Assembly (NCBI RefSeq): GCF_001194135.2
Contig: NC_068982.1
Span: 166,404,472 to 166,468,471 of the forward strand
Direction of reading: 5' to 3'
Origin: Octopus bimaculoides
Lineage: Eukaryota
DNA: 64,000 nt
The position numbers and the translations under genes are program-made. Below, piece after piece: positions 48,038 through 61,779 of the stretch (position 1 is its first letter; each line of letters opens with the position of its first letter). The notes beneath the pieces were generated by a model that did no database searches, was not told the DNA's origin, and saw only the letters and a list, made by a program, of their open reading frames with translations.

Positions 48038-50580
48038 CAGTGAGAGAGAGAAAGAGACAGGGTATTGCTTACTGTAAAAAAAGATAACTTATTAAAATTT
48101 AACAGAGGAAAAATATTTATCCAACAGTTTCTTTGAGAGAAATTTAAAGAATAGAGAGTTAACCTTTCCCTTTTCATTTTGTAACAAATTTCTTTTAAAA
48201 GAAGAAAATTTCTATTTTTGAAAGTAGTAGCTTAATGTATTTAACAATTATACTGATAAATATATATATGTCTGTGTACATACATACTTGCATGCATGCA
48301 TACATACAGACAGACAGAGCAAAGGAGAGGGTGAGAAATTGAGGTCAAAGACTGTGATAGAATGCTGTCACTGATCGCTGCTTATTTTAAAAAAATTACA
48401 TGTTTATCAGAGGAAACTGAAGAAACAGTGCTTGTGAGTTATCAAGGTTATGTGTATATTGGGTGAGAGATTAAGGTAAAAACAATAAAAAATAGACAGG
48501 TAGATAGATACATGGCATTTCTTATTGTAAAGAAAGTAACTTATTAAAATTTAACAGAAAAACAGGTATTCATTTGTAAGTTTTCTAAAGAGAAATTTTG
48601 TGATAAACTTCTTTTAAAAGGATTTTTTTTATTTTCGTAAATGGTAGTTTAGTGATTTTAATGATTGAGTTAAGAAATGTGTGTGTGTGTGTGTGTCCAT
48701 GTGTACATACATACATAGAAAGAGAGGGAGATAAAATGCACCCAGTACAAACTGAAAAGTGGTTGGTAATAGGAAGGGTATCTAGCCATAGAAAATAAAC
48801 CAAGGTATATGGTCTTCCGATCCAACTAGAAAGGCAGTAACTCCAGATAAGAAATGACTCAGACTGTGACAAGATAGATGTTTAAATTGTATTTGTGTGT
48901 ATGTGTGCCTGCTTGCAAACCATCCATCTACTAGCTCATAACCAAACTAAATAATTTGATCCACTAATCAGACATAGAGTTATTGAAGAAGAAACAAAAG
49001 GTAACTAAATTTAAAATCCAGTTCTCCTTGCTTGACTATTTGAAAAGTATATATTCCTGACTATTTTTTTTTTTTAACATCTATATCTTTTTCTGATCTT
49101 TGAAATATCCTCAATACAACTGCAGATGAATATTTTTTTCTTTAGGAGTACCAATATGCAAGTAGGATAGACTCCTAAGCATGCTTGAAATCAATGGTAT
49201 CATTTTGATTTACAATATAGCCGTTTGAAAGTACAACCAGATCTGTTGCCATTCATTTTAGAGAAATTTAACGAAAGAAATGCTAAGGAAAACTATTTTC
49301 AAATAAAGAATATCATTTCTAAAATTCCTTTTTAGTTACAAAAAAACGTTTTCAGGAAGTTATGTTAAATGTTATAAGGGACATAACTCTTAAACAAAAT
49401 TCACCAGGGATCCGATATCTGAAAGTAACTAATGCGGGCTGTTAAACGTGCACAATATTTAATATTTTAAACTAAATTTTTTTTCAGTAATGTTTGTAGC
49501 ATTGCTACATCGAAACACTGGGAATAACCTTTGAGGAATGACATTGTTTGCTTTAATACAAATTTGTAAAACATCACTGAGACACCTTCCGCATTTGATT
49601 TAGTGTCAACATTTTCAATCTTAATAAACATGAAAAATCTAATGAGAAATAAGTATGTGGTGAGGAAAAATATTAGATTAATCACTTGTATTATTTTAAT
49701 AATCTCATGCTAATTTTTGACGTCTACTTGTGTTAAAAATTGCATATTGACTGAGTGATTCTCATCATTTCGGTGAATACGAAGACACCTAGCTGAGGAG
49801 GTCTAATTAAACCTAAACATGAGCTGTTTCACGTACTTGTCGAAATGATATAAACTAATGTTGTCTTTTTTTCATTGCATAATTATTTCCAATTTGCTTT
49901 TTGATACATCAAATACGAAAACATTTACATAACTATTACAATTAGATTAAACTATGTACAATTCATTTGTACGATAGCTCAGAGGCTCGGGATATCATTT
50001 ACATAAACCGAACCAAGTTTGATTTTTCAAAACAACCGAACCGAAATCTTCAAAAGACTCCTGTTTATTCTAACCAAAAGTACTGGATTAAAAGTTTCGA
50101 TTAAGCATATTCCTGCATCAACCGCCTTTTACAGTTTTGATTCAGTGTTCAGAAAAAAAGGTGTTTTGTTTCTAAAACAATAACAAACCACTGACCCGAA
50201 CTAGAAATTGAAATTTGAAGTTTCGACTTGAACCACGAAAAACGATTTCAGTTTTGACTTAGGCTTTAATTCTGTGTATAGATTTTTTTTATTTATTCAT
50301 TCGATTCTAATGTTTAATTTCCAGATCGCCTGTGGTAATGCTGCGTGCTGGCTTGCTTCAGTAGGTTTTGTTGAATCATGTGAGGTGTGACCAATTGAAG
50401 CACTTGGTAGTGCATTGGTGTTTTGCCCCTCTTCTCTTTTTCTCCTCTCCTCTTTTCTTCATTTTTGCCTTTTTTTTCCCTTTGTCTTTATTTTGTAAAA
50501 CAATATTGAAGTGGAAAATCAAATATAAGACGCCTACCCGTTTAACTATAATTTTTACTAATTCCTTTTTTCGGAACCCT

Positions 50581-50625
<45 letters not shown>

Positions 50626-51575
50626 NNNNNNNNNNNNNNNNNNNNNNNNNNNNNNNNNNNNNNNNNNNNNNNNNNNNNNNNNNNNNNNNNNNNNNNNNNN
50701 NNNNNNNNNNNNNNNNNNNNNNNNNNNNNNNNNNNNNNNNNNNNNNNNNNNNNNNNNNNNNNNNNNNNNNNNNNNNNNNNNNNNNNNNNNNNNNNNNNNN
50801 NNNNNNNNNNNNNNNNNNNNNNNNNNNNNNNNNNNNNNNNNNNNNNNNNNNNNNNNNNNNNNNNNNNNNNNNNNNNNNNNNNNNNNNNNNNNNNNNNNNN
50901 NNNNNNNNNNNNNNNNNNNNNNNNNNNNNNNNNNNNNNNNNNNNNNNNNNNNNNNNNNNNNNNNNNNNNNNNNNNNNNNNNNNNNNNNNNNNNNNNNNNN
51001 NNNNNNNNNNNNNNNNNNNNNNNNNNNNNNNNNNNNNNNNNNNNNNNNNNNNNNNNNNNNNNNNNNNNNNNNNNNNNNNNNNNNNNNNNNNNNNNNNNNN
51101 NNNNNNNNNNNNNNNNNNNNNNNNNNNNNNNNNNNNNNNNNNNNNNNNNNNNNNNNNNNNNNNNNNNNNNNNNNNNNNNNNNNNNNNNNNNNNNNNNNNN
51201 NNNNNNNNNNNNNNNNNNNNNNNNNNNNNNNNNNNNNNNNNNNNNNNNNNNNNNNNNNNNNNNNGGCATAACTACAGGGTTTTACCCCCCAGACTTTGGG
51301 AGGTCATAACTTTCAGAAAAATGAATATTTTTTAATGGAACAACCAAGTGACCATTAACTTTGCACCAGTAAAATTTAAAAGAAACAAATACCTTGTTTC
51401 CTCACTGAAAGATATTTTATAAAAAGTAAGTGAATCTAGCTTAATTCGTAAGGTAAGTAGGTCTGCTTTGAGGATTTGATGCAGTTGTCGTTGAATGAAA
51501 CTTATGTGGATCACTCATTCGAGTTTTTCCTATTTAACCACACTAAGACAGTTTATGTGGCTATATTATACAAGT

Positions 51576-53384
51576 TTATATGTGGAAATTAGAATGAACT
51601 ATTAAAATGTTCTCAAGGTTTTCATGAATTAAATTGTTTCTCTGGGGACTTAAAATAGTTTCAAAAATAGAAAATAGCCGTTTTACACTGACTTGTGTCA
51701 TTGGAACAGCATGCACAACTATAGCTAATTTGTACAAGTCTTCATACTTTATCTTCATTGTGTTCCACCAAGAAATTAAACAGCTATCTGCAGGAATTCT
51801 TTCAGTATTTGAAAAATCCCTAAGAGAAGATGAGATTGATTTTTTTGTGGCATTTAAACTTTTCTTGCTTTGTGCAGCAAATCTAAGCATGTTTTCCAAC
51901 TCATCTTCTGTTGTAGCAGATACCATATGTTCTGAAACTACCTCAAGTTCTGGTTTGGGGTGCATTGCACTTAAAGCTCCATTAAGTCTGATCAAATGAC
52001 TTATTGCTCGTTCTTCTTCTGCTTCAGATAGCATAACACTAAATCTTGGATCTAGATATAATGATGCTAATATTATTTCATTCTTAAGAAGTTCACTTTC
52101 CCTAGCATTCATTGCTTCTATGATGTTGTAAGCCAACATACAATCGATTTTTGAAATTTCACTTTTGCAAACAAACCACACCTTATAGAAATCCCCGGGA
52201 GTCAAGTTTTCTTCTTGCAATCTTACTATAGCTTTTTTAGCCGGTTCTAATACGTGCATAATTTCCTGCAACTCTACCCAATATTTAAGAGAAAACTTAA
52301 AATCGATTCCAATTATTTCAACAAACTCTTCAATAAACGGCCGGAGTTCCATTAAACGGTTAATCATTTTATATGTCGAACACCATCCTGTCACCACGTC
52401 TACAATGGGCATGTGATATTTCTGCACCTTTAAAATATTCATTATAACTGGAGTGGAAAGCTTTTTAGAAATATTCCTTGCATGGGCTATAGTGTTTGCA
52501 TACAGTTCTCCATTTAGAGCATCTTTTACTGCAAGTTGTAAAGCGTGAGCAGCACACTTCACAAAAAAACTACTGCCTATTTTTATATCTTCCACCTTGC
52601 TTATATAATTTTCTTCACTAGCAATTTCAGTACCGTCATCGTTTCTAGCACAATCAACAGTCATAGAATATACTTGATTTAAACTCAAGTTGTATTTTGA
52701 TAACACATTTATAACTATTTCTTTGATGTTTTCACCAGTATGAGCTGATGAGAAATCTGTAACTGCTAATGTTCTTATTTGAAGAGAGTCTTTAATAATG
52801 ACTTGGGCATTAAGTGCCAGCACAGATCTATCTAGATGAGATGCGATATCAATTTTCAATGAAAACATTCTGTTTTGCAGTTCTCCACTTATTTGATTCA
52901 CAATTTCTGCAGCTTTTTCATCAACTAAATTTGAAATTTTCTTCCGATCCATTACTGTATTGAGTGCTCGTTTAATTGGATCAATTAATTTACGTAATCC
53001 ACTATCTTCAACTGCAAAAAAAGGTCTCCCATTCAGGGTCACCAACTCAATCATAGCATTGTTAAACGTTTTAATGTCCATTGGGATGTTTATTGTTGAA
53101 TAATATATGTCATGGATATTTTTTGCGATTTTAGCTTGACTGTGATCAAGAGATTTTTTGTCGTCCAGCTGGAGTAATCTTTTCCCCGTTGCAGCTTCAC
53201 GTCTTCTAGCAAGAATTTCGAATTCTGCTTTATGGTGTCTCTCCAGATGTTTCATTAGATTAGTAGCACAAGGATGTCTCAAAACCATCGTGCAACCAAT
53301 TACATTACAAGCCGCTTTTGCATTTTCGTGAGAACCAACAATTGTGAAGTAGGAATATACTTCATTAGTTCTGTGACGCCCCAT
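51576..53384 (-). CDS. hAT-family transposase / ZBED-like protein, 602 aa, single exon (BED finger, RNase H-like core, hATC domain)
   Basis: Uninterrupted ORF. BED finger 'VYSYF...CNVIGC...NLMKHLERHH', first Asp 'FSLKID', second Asp 'MTVDCARN', 'CAAHALQLAV', 'YLDPRF', hATC 'WWNTMK...LYKLA...VPMTQVSVKRLFS...RNNL'. TIRs not identified. Confidence 0.88.
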   Translation of the reverse strand: MGRHRTNEVYSYFTIVGSHENAKAACNVIGCTMVLRHPCATNLMKHLERHHKAEFEILARRREAATGKRLLQLDDKKSLDHSQAKIAKNIHDIYYSTINIPMDIKTFNNAMIELVTLNGRPFFAVEDSGLRKLIDPIKRALNTVMDRKKISNLVDEKAAEIVNQISGELQNRMFSLKIDIASHLDRSVLALNAQVIIKDSLQIRTLAVTDFSSAHTGENIKEIVINVLSKYNLSLNQVYSMTVDCARNDDGTEIASEENYISKVEDIKIGSSFFVKCAAHALQLAVKDALNGELYANTIAHARNISKKLSTPVIMNILKVQKYHMPIVDVVTGWCSTYKMINRLMELRPFIEEFVEIIGIDFKFSLKYWVELQEIMHVLEPAKKAIVRLQEENLTPGDFYKVWFVCKSEISKIDCMLAYNIIEAMNARESELLKNEIILASLYLDPRFSVMLSEAEEERAISHLIRLNGALSAMHPKPELEVVSEHMVSATTEDELENMLRFAAQSKKSLNATKKSISSSLRDFSNTERIPADSCLISWWNTMKIKYEDLYKLAIVVHAVPMTQVSVKRLFSIFETILSPQRNNLIHENLENILIVHSNFHI

Positions 53385-55521
53385 ATTTAAAAATATCGGA
53401 GGAATTCAGTAAAATGATTAACAAACAAATATATGTAATAAACAGTTCAACTCCGTTATGGATTAAGCAATCTAGAGGAGAGGCAAATGAAAGAACAGAT
53501 AAGAAATCCAAGTAAACAGATTGGAAATAATATTACTTACTGGCTTCTGTCAATTAAAGAATATAATTTATGTATATATCTAGCGACGGACCTCTTTAAT
53601 AGAGTCAGGAGGGAGAGAGAGAGAGAGAGAGTCTGTACTCTTCATTCCATGTTTTTAAAGCAGCTTAGTTAATTTGAACATTTAAAAAGGTATTTAAAAA
53701 CATTTTCACAGTTAAAAGTATGTGAAAAAAATAAAGCTAATTTTAGATTTAAATTTAAACTGGAATTGAAATTAATTAAAAACTGGAATTTATCGATTCA
53801 AATTCAAATTTCAATACATTTAAGTTCGATTCGATTTGGATTTTCAATTTCAGTTTTTAAAAAAATTTTTAGAATTTTTTTTTTTCGTTGTTTCTCCACT
53901 TCCTTGTTATGGTTAATGACAATTTCTCAAGTTTTACTGGTCTAAATTTTGGAACTGGAAAAGAAAATCCGAAATATATATATATATATATATATAAAGG
54001 TATCGAAATTTCCGTCCATAACATAGAGAGAAATGCTGCCGGGCATTCACATCGTCATCTGTCAATTGAGAAATAAACATTTTCGGTGTTTCTAACACAT
54101 CGTGTTACAAAACAGCACTAATGTTATTAGTGAATATAAAATACTTAGGGATTTTAACAATAATTAGGTTTACTGTAATTTTTTTTCTGCAAACAAACCA
54201 AAATATAACGTAGATATTTTGTTGAAGAGTGAATTTTATTATCTTATCAAATCTCCGACCCCCCCCCCCNNNNNNNNNNNNNNNNNNNNNNNNNNNNNNN
54301 NNNNNNNNNNNNNNNNNNNNNNNNNNNNNNNNNNNNNNNNNNNNNNNNNNNNNNNNNNNNNNNNNNNNNNNNNNNNNNNNNNNNNNNNNNNNNNNNNNNN
54401 NNNNNNNNNNNNNNNNNNNNNNNNNNNNNNNNNNNNNNNNNNNNNNNNNNNNNNNNNNNNNNNNNNNNNNNNNNNNNNNNNNNNNNNNNNNNNNNNNNNN
54501 NNNNNNNNNNNNNNNNNNNNNNNNNNNNNNNNNNNNNNNNNNNNNNNNNNNNNNNNNNNNNNNNNNNNNNNNNNNNNNNNNNNNNNNNNNNNNNNNNNNN
54601 NNNNNNNNNNNNNNNNNNNNNNNNNNNNNNNNNNNNNNNNNNNNNNNNNNNNNNNNNNNNNNNNNNNNNNNNNNNNNNNNNNNNNNNNNNNNNNNNNNNN
54701 NNNNNNNNNNNNNNNNNNNNNNNNNNNNNNNNNNNNNNNNNNNNNNNNNNNNNNNNNNNNNNNNNNNNNNNNNNNNNNNNNNNNNNNNNNNNNNNNNNNN
54801 NNNNNNNNNNNNNNNNNNNNNNNNNNNNNNNNNNNNNNNNNNNNNNNNNNNNNNNNNNNNNNNNNNNNNNNNNNNNNNNNNNNNNNNNNNNNNNNNNNNN
54901 NNNNNNNNNNNNNNNNNNNNNNNNNNNNNNNNNNNNNNNNNNNNNNNNNNNNNNNNNNNNNNNNNNGGAAAGGACTCTGTGAATAATATAATTTTAGTTA
55001 TAACTTTAAAAATATGGGATGGTCGTAGCTGGAATGCTTTTGATCAAAGGTCTGCTCTATTGAGTTGACCTTGGCCAAACAATAGTGGAAAGTCGACTGA
55101 ACTGAATTTGCCTGTTCGTTGAAATAGCACTTTAAGTTGCTGAACATTACACACACATGTACACTTCAAGGAGTTCAATTGTTTAAGATGGGAGAATGCG
55201 ATAAAGATTAATGCGTAATGAAAAATTATTTCAATATTTCCGTTTTCATTAGTTTGATTAACTTTTAACTAGTACTGGAACCACTGCAGGGGATATAATA
55301 AAGTTAGGTTTGAGTATTTGTCTTATCTGCTTAACATTGTAGAAAATTGGAGATATGTAGTGGTCTTGACATTTCCAGAATCAAATTTTGATTGTATTCC
55401 TTAACAAATATTCGAGAGTATTTTTTTATATATTCTTTCTTGCACATATTTTTTTAAAACTCTTTCACTGATTTCTGTAATTGGACTGTGGCCATGCTAG
55501 GACACATCCTTGAAGACTTTA

Positions 55522-55740
55522 GTTCAGAGGTTGTCAACCATTTTTTAAACCTATGGACTCCCTTGATTCCTGTTTTACTCGAGTAGTCCTTCGTAGCCAT
55601 TCGATGTTTAAAAATTCCTATTACAGTTTTGTAATTAAACATTACTAGGAATTGTATTAAAAAATTTATCAAAAATATTTTGAGCATAACCAGTTTATTG
55701 CTCATAAATTTTAACAAAATTTTGTATGAACCCCTGAACT
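55522..55740. mobile_element. hAT-type MITE, partial (family of 21731-21984)
   Basis: 'cagaggttgtcaacc...tggactcccttgattcc...tagccattcgatgtttaaaaattcctatt' aligns by eye to 21731-21960. Confidence 0.6.
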
Positions 55741-57949
55741 TATTTTAATTTTGGTGGTTATATTGTCAGTCTCTTTCGGCTGAACTGCTAAGTTACAGAA
55801 TGTTAACAAATCAATACTGATTGTCAGGTAGTGTGAGACAGAGTTGTGCAAATGCGCTCACACATATGAAGGGCTACTGCACCATTTTGATCTCCCAAAT
55901 TTACTTATGAGGGGTTAAAACAATTGGAGTTGATGTACAACACTATCTAGTGCCTTGGGTCCTGATGTTATTTTATTGTGGAACCCTTATGTAACATTTT
56001 TAAAATTATGTAACACACATCTTAATTTTAATAACATCAAACTTTGGCAATATGCAGAAGTGAGAAGACTTGTCAAGCCAAGTGAAATCGTAGTTATGGT
56101 CAATGTCAGTGTCACGTAACTGGCGCATAAGAAGCACCCATTACACTCTTGGAGCGGTTGGCGGTTTGGAAGGGCATCCAGTTGTAGAAACCATACCAAA
56201 TCAGATTGGAACCTAGTGCAGCTCTCTATCTTACCAGTTTCAGTCAAACCATTTAACCCATGCTAGCATGGAAAACAGATGCTAAATGATGATGACGATG
56301 AACACATTCATATAAAATACATTGTTTTGAAATGGTATATACCTTTAAAAGAAATTATAAAACACATCTTATCTGACAGAACCCCAGAATTTTCTCAATC
56401 CGTTTTGGGAATACTGACCTAGTAGGATGAGGGTGAATCAAATTAATAAGTGCTAACTCATGTGAGGTAGTATTTAAGATGGATTTTATGAAAGTAGAGA
56501 TTAAAGAGAATAACTGATTGACAAGATATTCCTTGAAGACCTCTCAAGAAGTCATCCAGCTGAGAGAGGCTTGATTGTATATAGTAAGCCTGGCTTAACG
56601 AAAGATATCCAGTTATTCAACCATTGTTTTGATGCTCAACATAGATGTGTTGAGTGAGTGAAAAAAAAAAGTCTGAAACTTTTATGATTTATGGTGAAGG
56701 CAGTGTGAGAAAAGAAAAATTGAATTTTTTTTCGCTAATTTCATACCTTTTGTGCAATATTTAACTGATCATCATCGTTATTTTAATATCTACTTTTCCA
56801 TGTTTACATGGGTCAGATAAGTGTACCTTGTGACAGTTTTCTACAACCAGCAACTCTTCCTTATGCCAAGCCCCAGCTGTTTCCTAGTAAAGTAATAATC
56901 CCCCATTCTACTGAACAGCCAAGACATTACTTTTGTGGTGGACTGCAAGTAAATGGGACTGTCGACATTAATGGTAAGGCTATCGTTTACAACCAGGAAA
57001 AGCACATGAAGACAATTGGAAATACTCATACATACACACATACATACATATACACACAGCAGGCTTTTTTTCAGTTTCCTTCCACCAAATCCACTCATAA
57101 AATCTTTGGTCAACTGCTGGCAATAGTAGAAAACATTTGCCCCAAGCAAGCTTCTTAACCACAAAACCATGTTTGTGCACATGATGAATTTTCAAATTTG
57201 TCTGTCTGAAACTAAATCATTACAGCTCATGAGAAGATAGTGGAATTATAGAATACAGCATTAACCTAAATGCCTTTCTTTTGCCTCTTCATTTTCTGAG
57301 CTCAAATACTATGAGGGCTAACATTTTCTATCATCCACTCAAATTAATAAAATAGTCATTTCATTGAATTAGTTAAATCATCTGTACATTTCTATAAACT
57401 TTGCTATCTTTTTTTTTTTATAGTTCCTGATAAAAATGTTAGGGTCTCTCTCTCTCTCTGTAAGAAGAAATGTTTATATTATTGAATATTATGTACATCA
57501 TGAAGCAATATTCTCTAGTGTTGTTTGGATAGTCTAGTGTTGAATTCTTTTCACACCAATTTTAATATACTTTCCTGGAATTAAGATTTACCCTTGTTTT
57601 TACTAGAATTTGTTGAGAAGAATTTAGCTTTGAGGTGATTATAGTAACAGCAATTTTGATATTGGTAGTAGTGCTTCTTGCTTGATGCTTTTAGGTGTCC
57701 ATGTAGTCATGAGCAGATATAGATACTCCTTCAATCCTCATGCAACATTAAACATTCAGAGGTGACAGATAAATGGTAATAATATCAGTCTCGAGTAGCT
57801 AGAAGCTGCTGGTTGGAAATCTGCACACTGGCAGTGTGAGTGTGACGGCTGTGGATAGATGAAAGTGTGGTAGCTGCCCAAGATCCTGCTCAAATAACCA
57901 GGCAGTTCTTGTTCAGAAAGCTCCAAAATTAGTTGTAGAAGCAACAAGG

Positions 57950-58380
57950 CACAAAACTGGCAATAAAGTACAAAGTATATTGAGCAGTAGAACTAGCCTG
58001 CCTTGTATTCTGCTGAGACCTGCACATTGTTTTATCAACACAATGAAAAGCTGATAAACTGCTTCCTACACCAGCATACAAATAAACCTAGTGTTGGTTT
58101 ATCCTGCTGGAATTGCAGATGCACTGGGAAGGTCATAGAGAGGACACAATGATTACTAAGGCTGTACTTTATAATGAGGTGCAATGTGGAAGCTGTAGAA
58201 AAGAACACCAGAAACTTTATGAAAAGGATGTCATCTTATGATGTGTCAATGAAGCAGTTGGCCAATTATGGCAGAAGGTTATAAAGGAGTAAAAATTGCA
58301 ATCAAATTGGATGAAATGGTAAGAAGAGGAAAGCTGGAACCAGGACTGCCAACAATATTTTGCAATAGCTGTGGTCATGG
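57950..58380 (+). mobile_element. Old RTE LINE 3' ORF relic
   Basis: Degenerate 'MHWEGHREDTMITKAVLYNEVQCGSCRKEHQKLYEKD' resembles RTE 'LRWxGH...PKxxLYxEL..G.R..GxQKxRxKD'. Confidence 0.45.
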
Positions 58381-61300
58381 TTGTGTTGGCACTTTGGCTT
58401 GCAACCAAGTAAAACAGCAAAACATAATTGAAGTTTCTTCATTATAATTCAAGAAAAATTCTTTTTCAGCGACCAAGTTATACTTGATTATGTGTGATAA
58501 ATAAGAAGATGAAAGTTACTACGTGGACTCTATATGGTAACACAGTGATTCTGATATTTGATAGTGGTGTCTCCTTCCTGCTTGAAGTAACCAGAATATG
58601 GTTAAAAAGATAAGGAAGAGGAAATCAATCCATAATTTGTGAAACATTATACTGAACTGGAGAGAATAACAGCAACACATTAGTGATATGTCTTTCACAG
58701 GCATTCTGAGATATGACACAACATAGTTTTATTTATTTGCGTTATGTACGGAATGGGCTGCAACTCATAACCAAAATCATAATCTCAGCTAATGTACTCT
58801 GGTTAGAGGCTGAACATTCTCTCAAACAAAGATAATATGCAATAAAATGTCCTGAAACAATGAAATACAAGCAAAGGATTTGAACTCATGACTACTCAGC
58901 TATCTTGCCTCTACAGTAAACTGTATATCATGCAGCAATACAGGTTCATTTGAAAACCCTCTCAACAATAGTAAATGTCATGGTTTATTTTATTCAGTGT
59001 ACAAGAAACAATCTTTATGAAGCTCATGCTCAGTTTTATATCAGTTTGTATAGAAAAGAGCAATCAAGACACAACCGTTTGATGAAATATGCCCAGCTTC
59101 TGTTATTTATAATATTACAAAAATAACAGAATGAAAACTCCATTTTGGTCTAAGGTTTACAATTATTTAACTACTAGAAGTTAAATAAATATTAGTTACA
59201 AACTAAAAAAAATTACATCTCATGTTGGTATACATATTTCAATAGTTGTAGAAAATTAAAATTAAATACAAGTGGGCCTTTAAAAAAATAGAAAAAGTTG
59301 CAAAAAAGTTGTGTATCTATATTTAAAAAGAATTTTTGATTAGGTTGAGGGAGAGAAAATTCATGATGCAGGCTGAAAATTAATGATGATAAACAGAGGA
59401 AAAGAAACATAGGTCAAAGCAGAAGCTCGCTGTTAACAAGGCAATTTAAAAAGAGGCTCTAGATGTAAGGACTACATCTTTCATGATCTGAATCTGGCTG
59501 ATGCATAGCTAATTGCTAAAACATTTTTTTCAGTATCTTGTAGGCACAGGGAAATTCACAACCAAAATATATTAATATATTACAAGTGTGGGATGTAGGT
59601 TACAAGAGATATATTTACATTTTAGATATATCTCACAAAGTAGATTTATATTAAAAAAAAAAAATTCAGTAACAGAAGATACACACTATACATATAACAT
59701 TAATACAATACAGGAAGATGATAAAACACTTCCATATTAATAGTTATTGCTAATGTTTTTAAGATATACCAACCTAAAAGGGTTTTCTATACTGTACATA
59801 CTAGACAGGATTGGACTAAATATGAACACACACACACACATACATACAGCCATACACACACACACACAACACAAAAACTAGAAAATTTGTGACAAAATCT
59901 ACTATCAAGTTGTACATTTTTCCACAACTATATCTTTATTATTTTATGAAGCTTCATGCATGTTTGATGTATAAAGAGAGACAGATAGATAGACAGACAC
60001 ACAAAAAAACGACAAAGCTGAAGTTTGTGAACTTGTTTACAAATGTAGATATATGCATACAAACAATAACTATTGGGTAGACTTCAAGAGCAAACACATT
60101 AGACAGAAGTTACAGATAGGTGCACATGAACTTAGAGGAAATAGGACAAAGAGAAAACTAGAGAAATGGAAGACCTTTAAAATTCTGGCACATTTGTACA
60201 CAAATTTAACATATACATCAGGTTGGTTTTATTACTTTGTGGTCAATTGGAATGCCATTGTGTTTGCATGTGTGTGTAGAATATATGATTTGGTTTGACA
60301 TTGTTTATATAATTAAACATGGTACTGAATAGTATATTCAATACATGTAATGTAGAGCAGTTACAGGCAAACTGCAACCCACCCTACTTTCTGAATGGCA
60401 TGCCTAACGAAAAATTACCATGAATTTTTTTAATAGTGTGGCCCACCTGGTGATGAGCTATGTCTCATGTGGTCCACTTCTTGGAAAAAGTTATCCATAC
60501 CTGTTGTACAACATTCAATGTGTGTGTGTGTGTGTGTGTGCGTGCGCATATATATATATATATGCATGTGTGTAAAGACATTAAACAAAAGTATGAGCAG
60601 TTAATTTAGTGATAGAAATAACTTGAAATGGTAAAAAGGTTATAAATTTTATTTTAATCTGTAATATAATTTCAACTTAACATAATTATACATTATATAT
60701 GTATTCAATTTAAATAAATACTCTACTTTAGATACTGAATTAAATTTCTAAATTATCATATATATTTATATATTGTTTTTGTTTATTTTGTGGTGCAAAA
60801 ATAAGTGTTCAATACACTACTGTGTTACAAGTGTGTATAGGCTAATATGAGTTTGTCGTGTGTCAGGTAAACATGGTAACACAGACACATATATCAAGGG
60901 GAAAGATTTATTTTCAAGGTTTATAAGGAAATAGTGCTGCACATGATAATCACTGACCAGAAACTTTAAGAATTTCATATTGAGTAAATGAATAAAAAAA
61001 AAATTAAATATGTGAATTCTATGCATTTTTTCCTTATAACTCCTTAATTCCCAATTCAAATTTCTAATCCCAACAAATATTATGAAGAAATAATTATCTC
61101 CCTTGTAATAGCTGTGAACACTAGGGAAACCACGTGTTTAATTTTTTTTAATTGATACCTCATTTTTTGTTTACATAAAAATAACAGAGAAGAAACTAAA
61201 GTTCAATAAACATTTTAATTTGAGCTATTAAGCAATTTCATAGTTTTAATTATATTTTAATAAATGTCTAAGTCTAAAATTTTAATTCCAGATTTTTATA

Positions 61301-61779
61301 TCCCCACTGTACTGTTTCTATTTAGGCATATATTTTGGTTTTATGAATTTGAAATTTAAAACTTAAAGCTCACCCCTTTACTAAAAAAAAAAAAGAGGAA
61401 ANNNNNNNNNNGTCACCCCTTTACTAAAAAAAAAAAAGAGGAAAGACAGAGTGAAGAGAGTGTGTCTGTAATTAGAAAAAAAAAAACATACACAAATCTA
61501 ACCATAACTCTCTAAAGTTGAGCACCGGCATTGGAAGATCTTGCATACCAGCAGAGATCAATTAGAATAACATACACATACACATTCTAAGTGTGATTCT
61601 TGGCAGCAGGGTACATTCACAAACTTCAAGGAAATAATACTAAAAAGACAAACATAGAAGAAAAAAAAAAAAGAAGAAACATTTATGGAAAAACACCTTT
61701 GATTAGAATTTTGACACTGGTAAAATAGAAAATATCTTTGATTGAATAAATTCCACACAGATACACAGAAACTATTTTT

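Noticed and set aside
48050-48720. Diverged ~450-bp-period direct duplication
   Set aside because: AT-rich, non-coding and heavily diverged; no functional signal visible.
49970-50330. 'aaccga' subterminal-like repeats as the downstream end of the hAT element
   Set aside because: No matching inverted terminus found upstream of the ORF, so element boundaries cannot be called.
61370-61445. Direct duplications on both sides of 10-N gaps (also 32320-32435)
   Set aside because: Typical contig-overlap artefacts.
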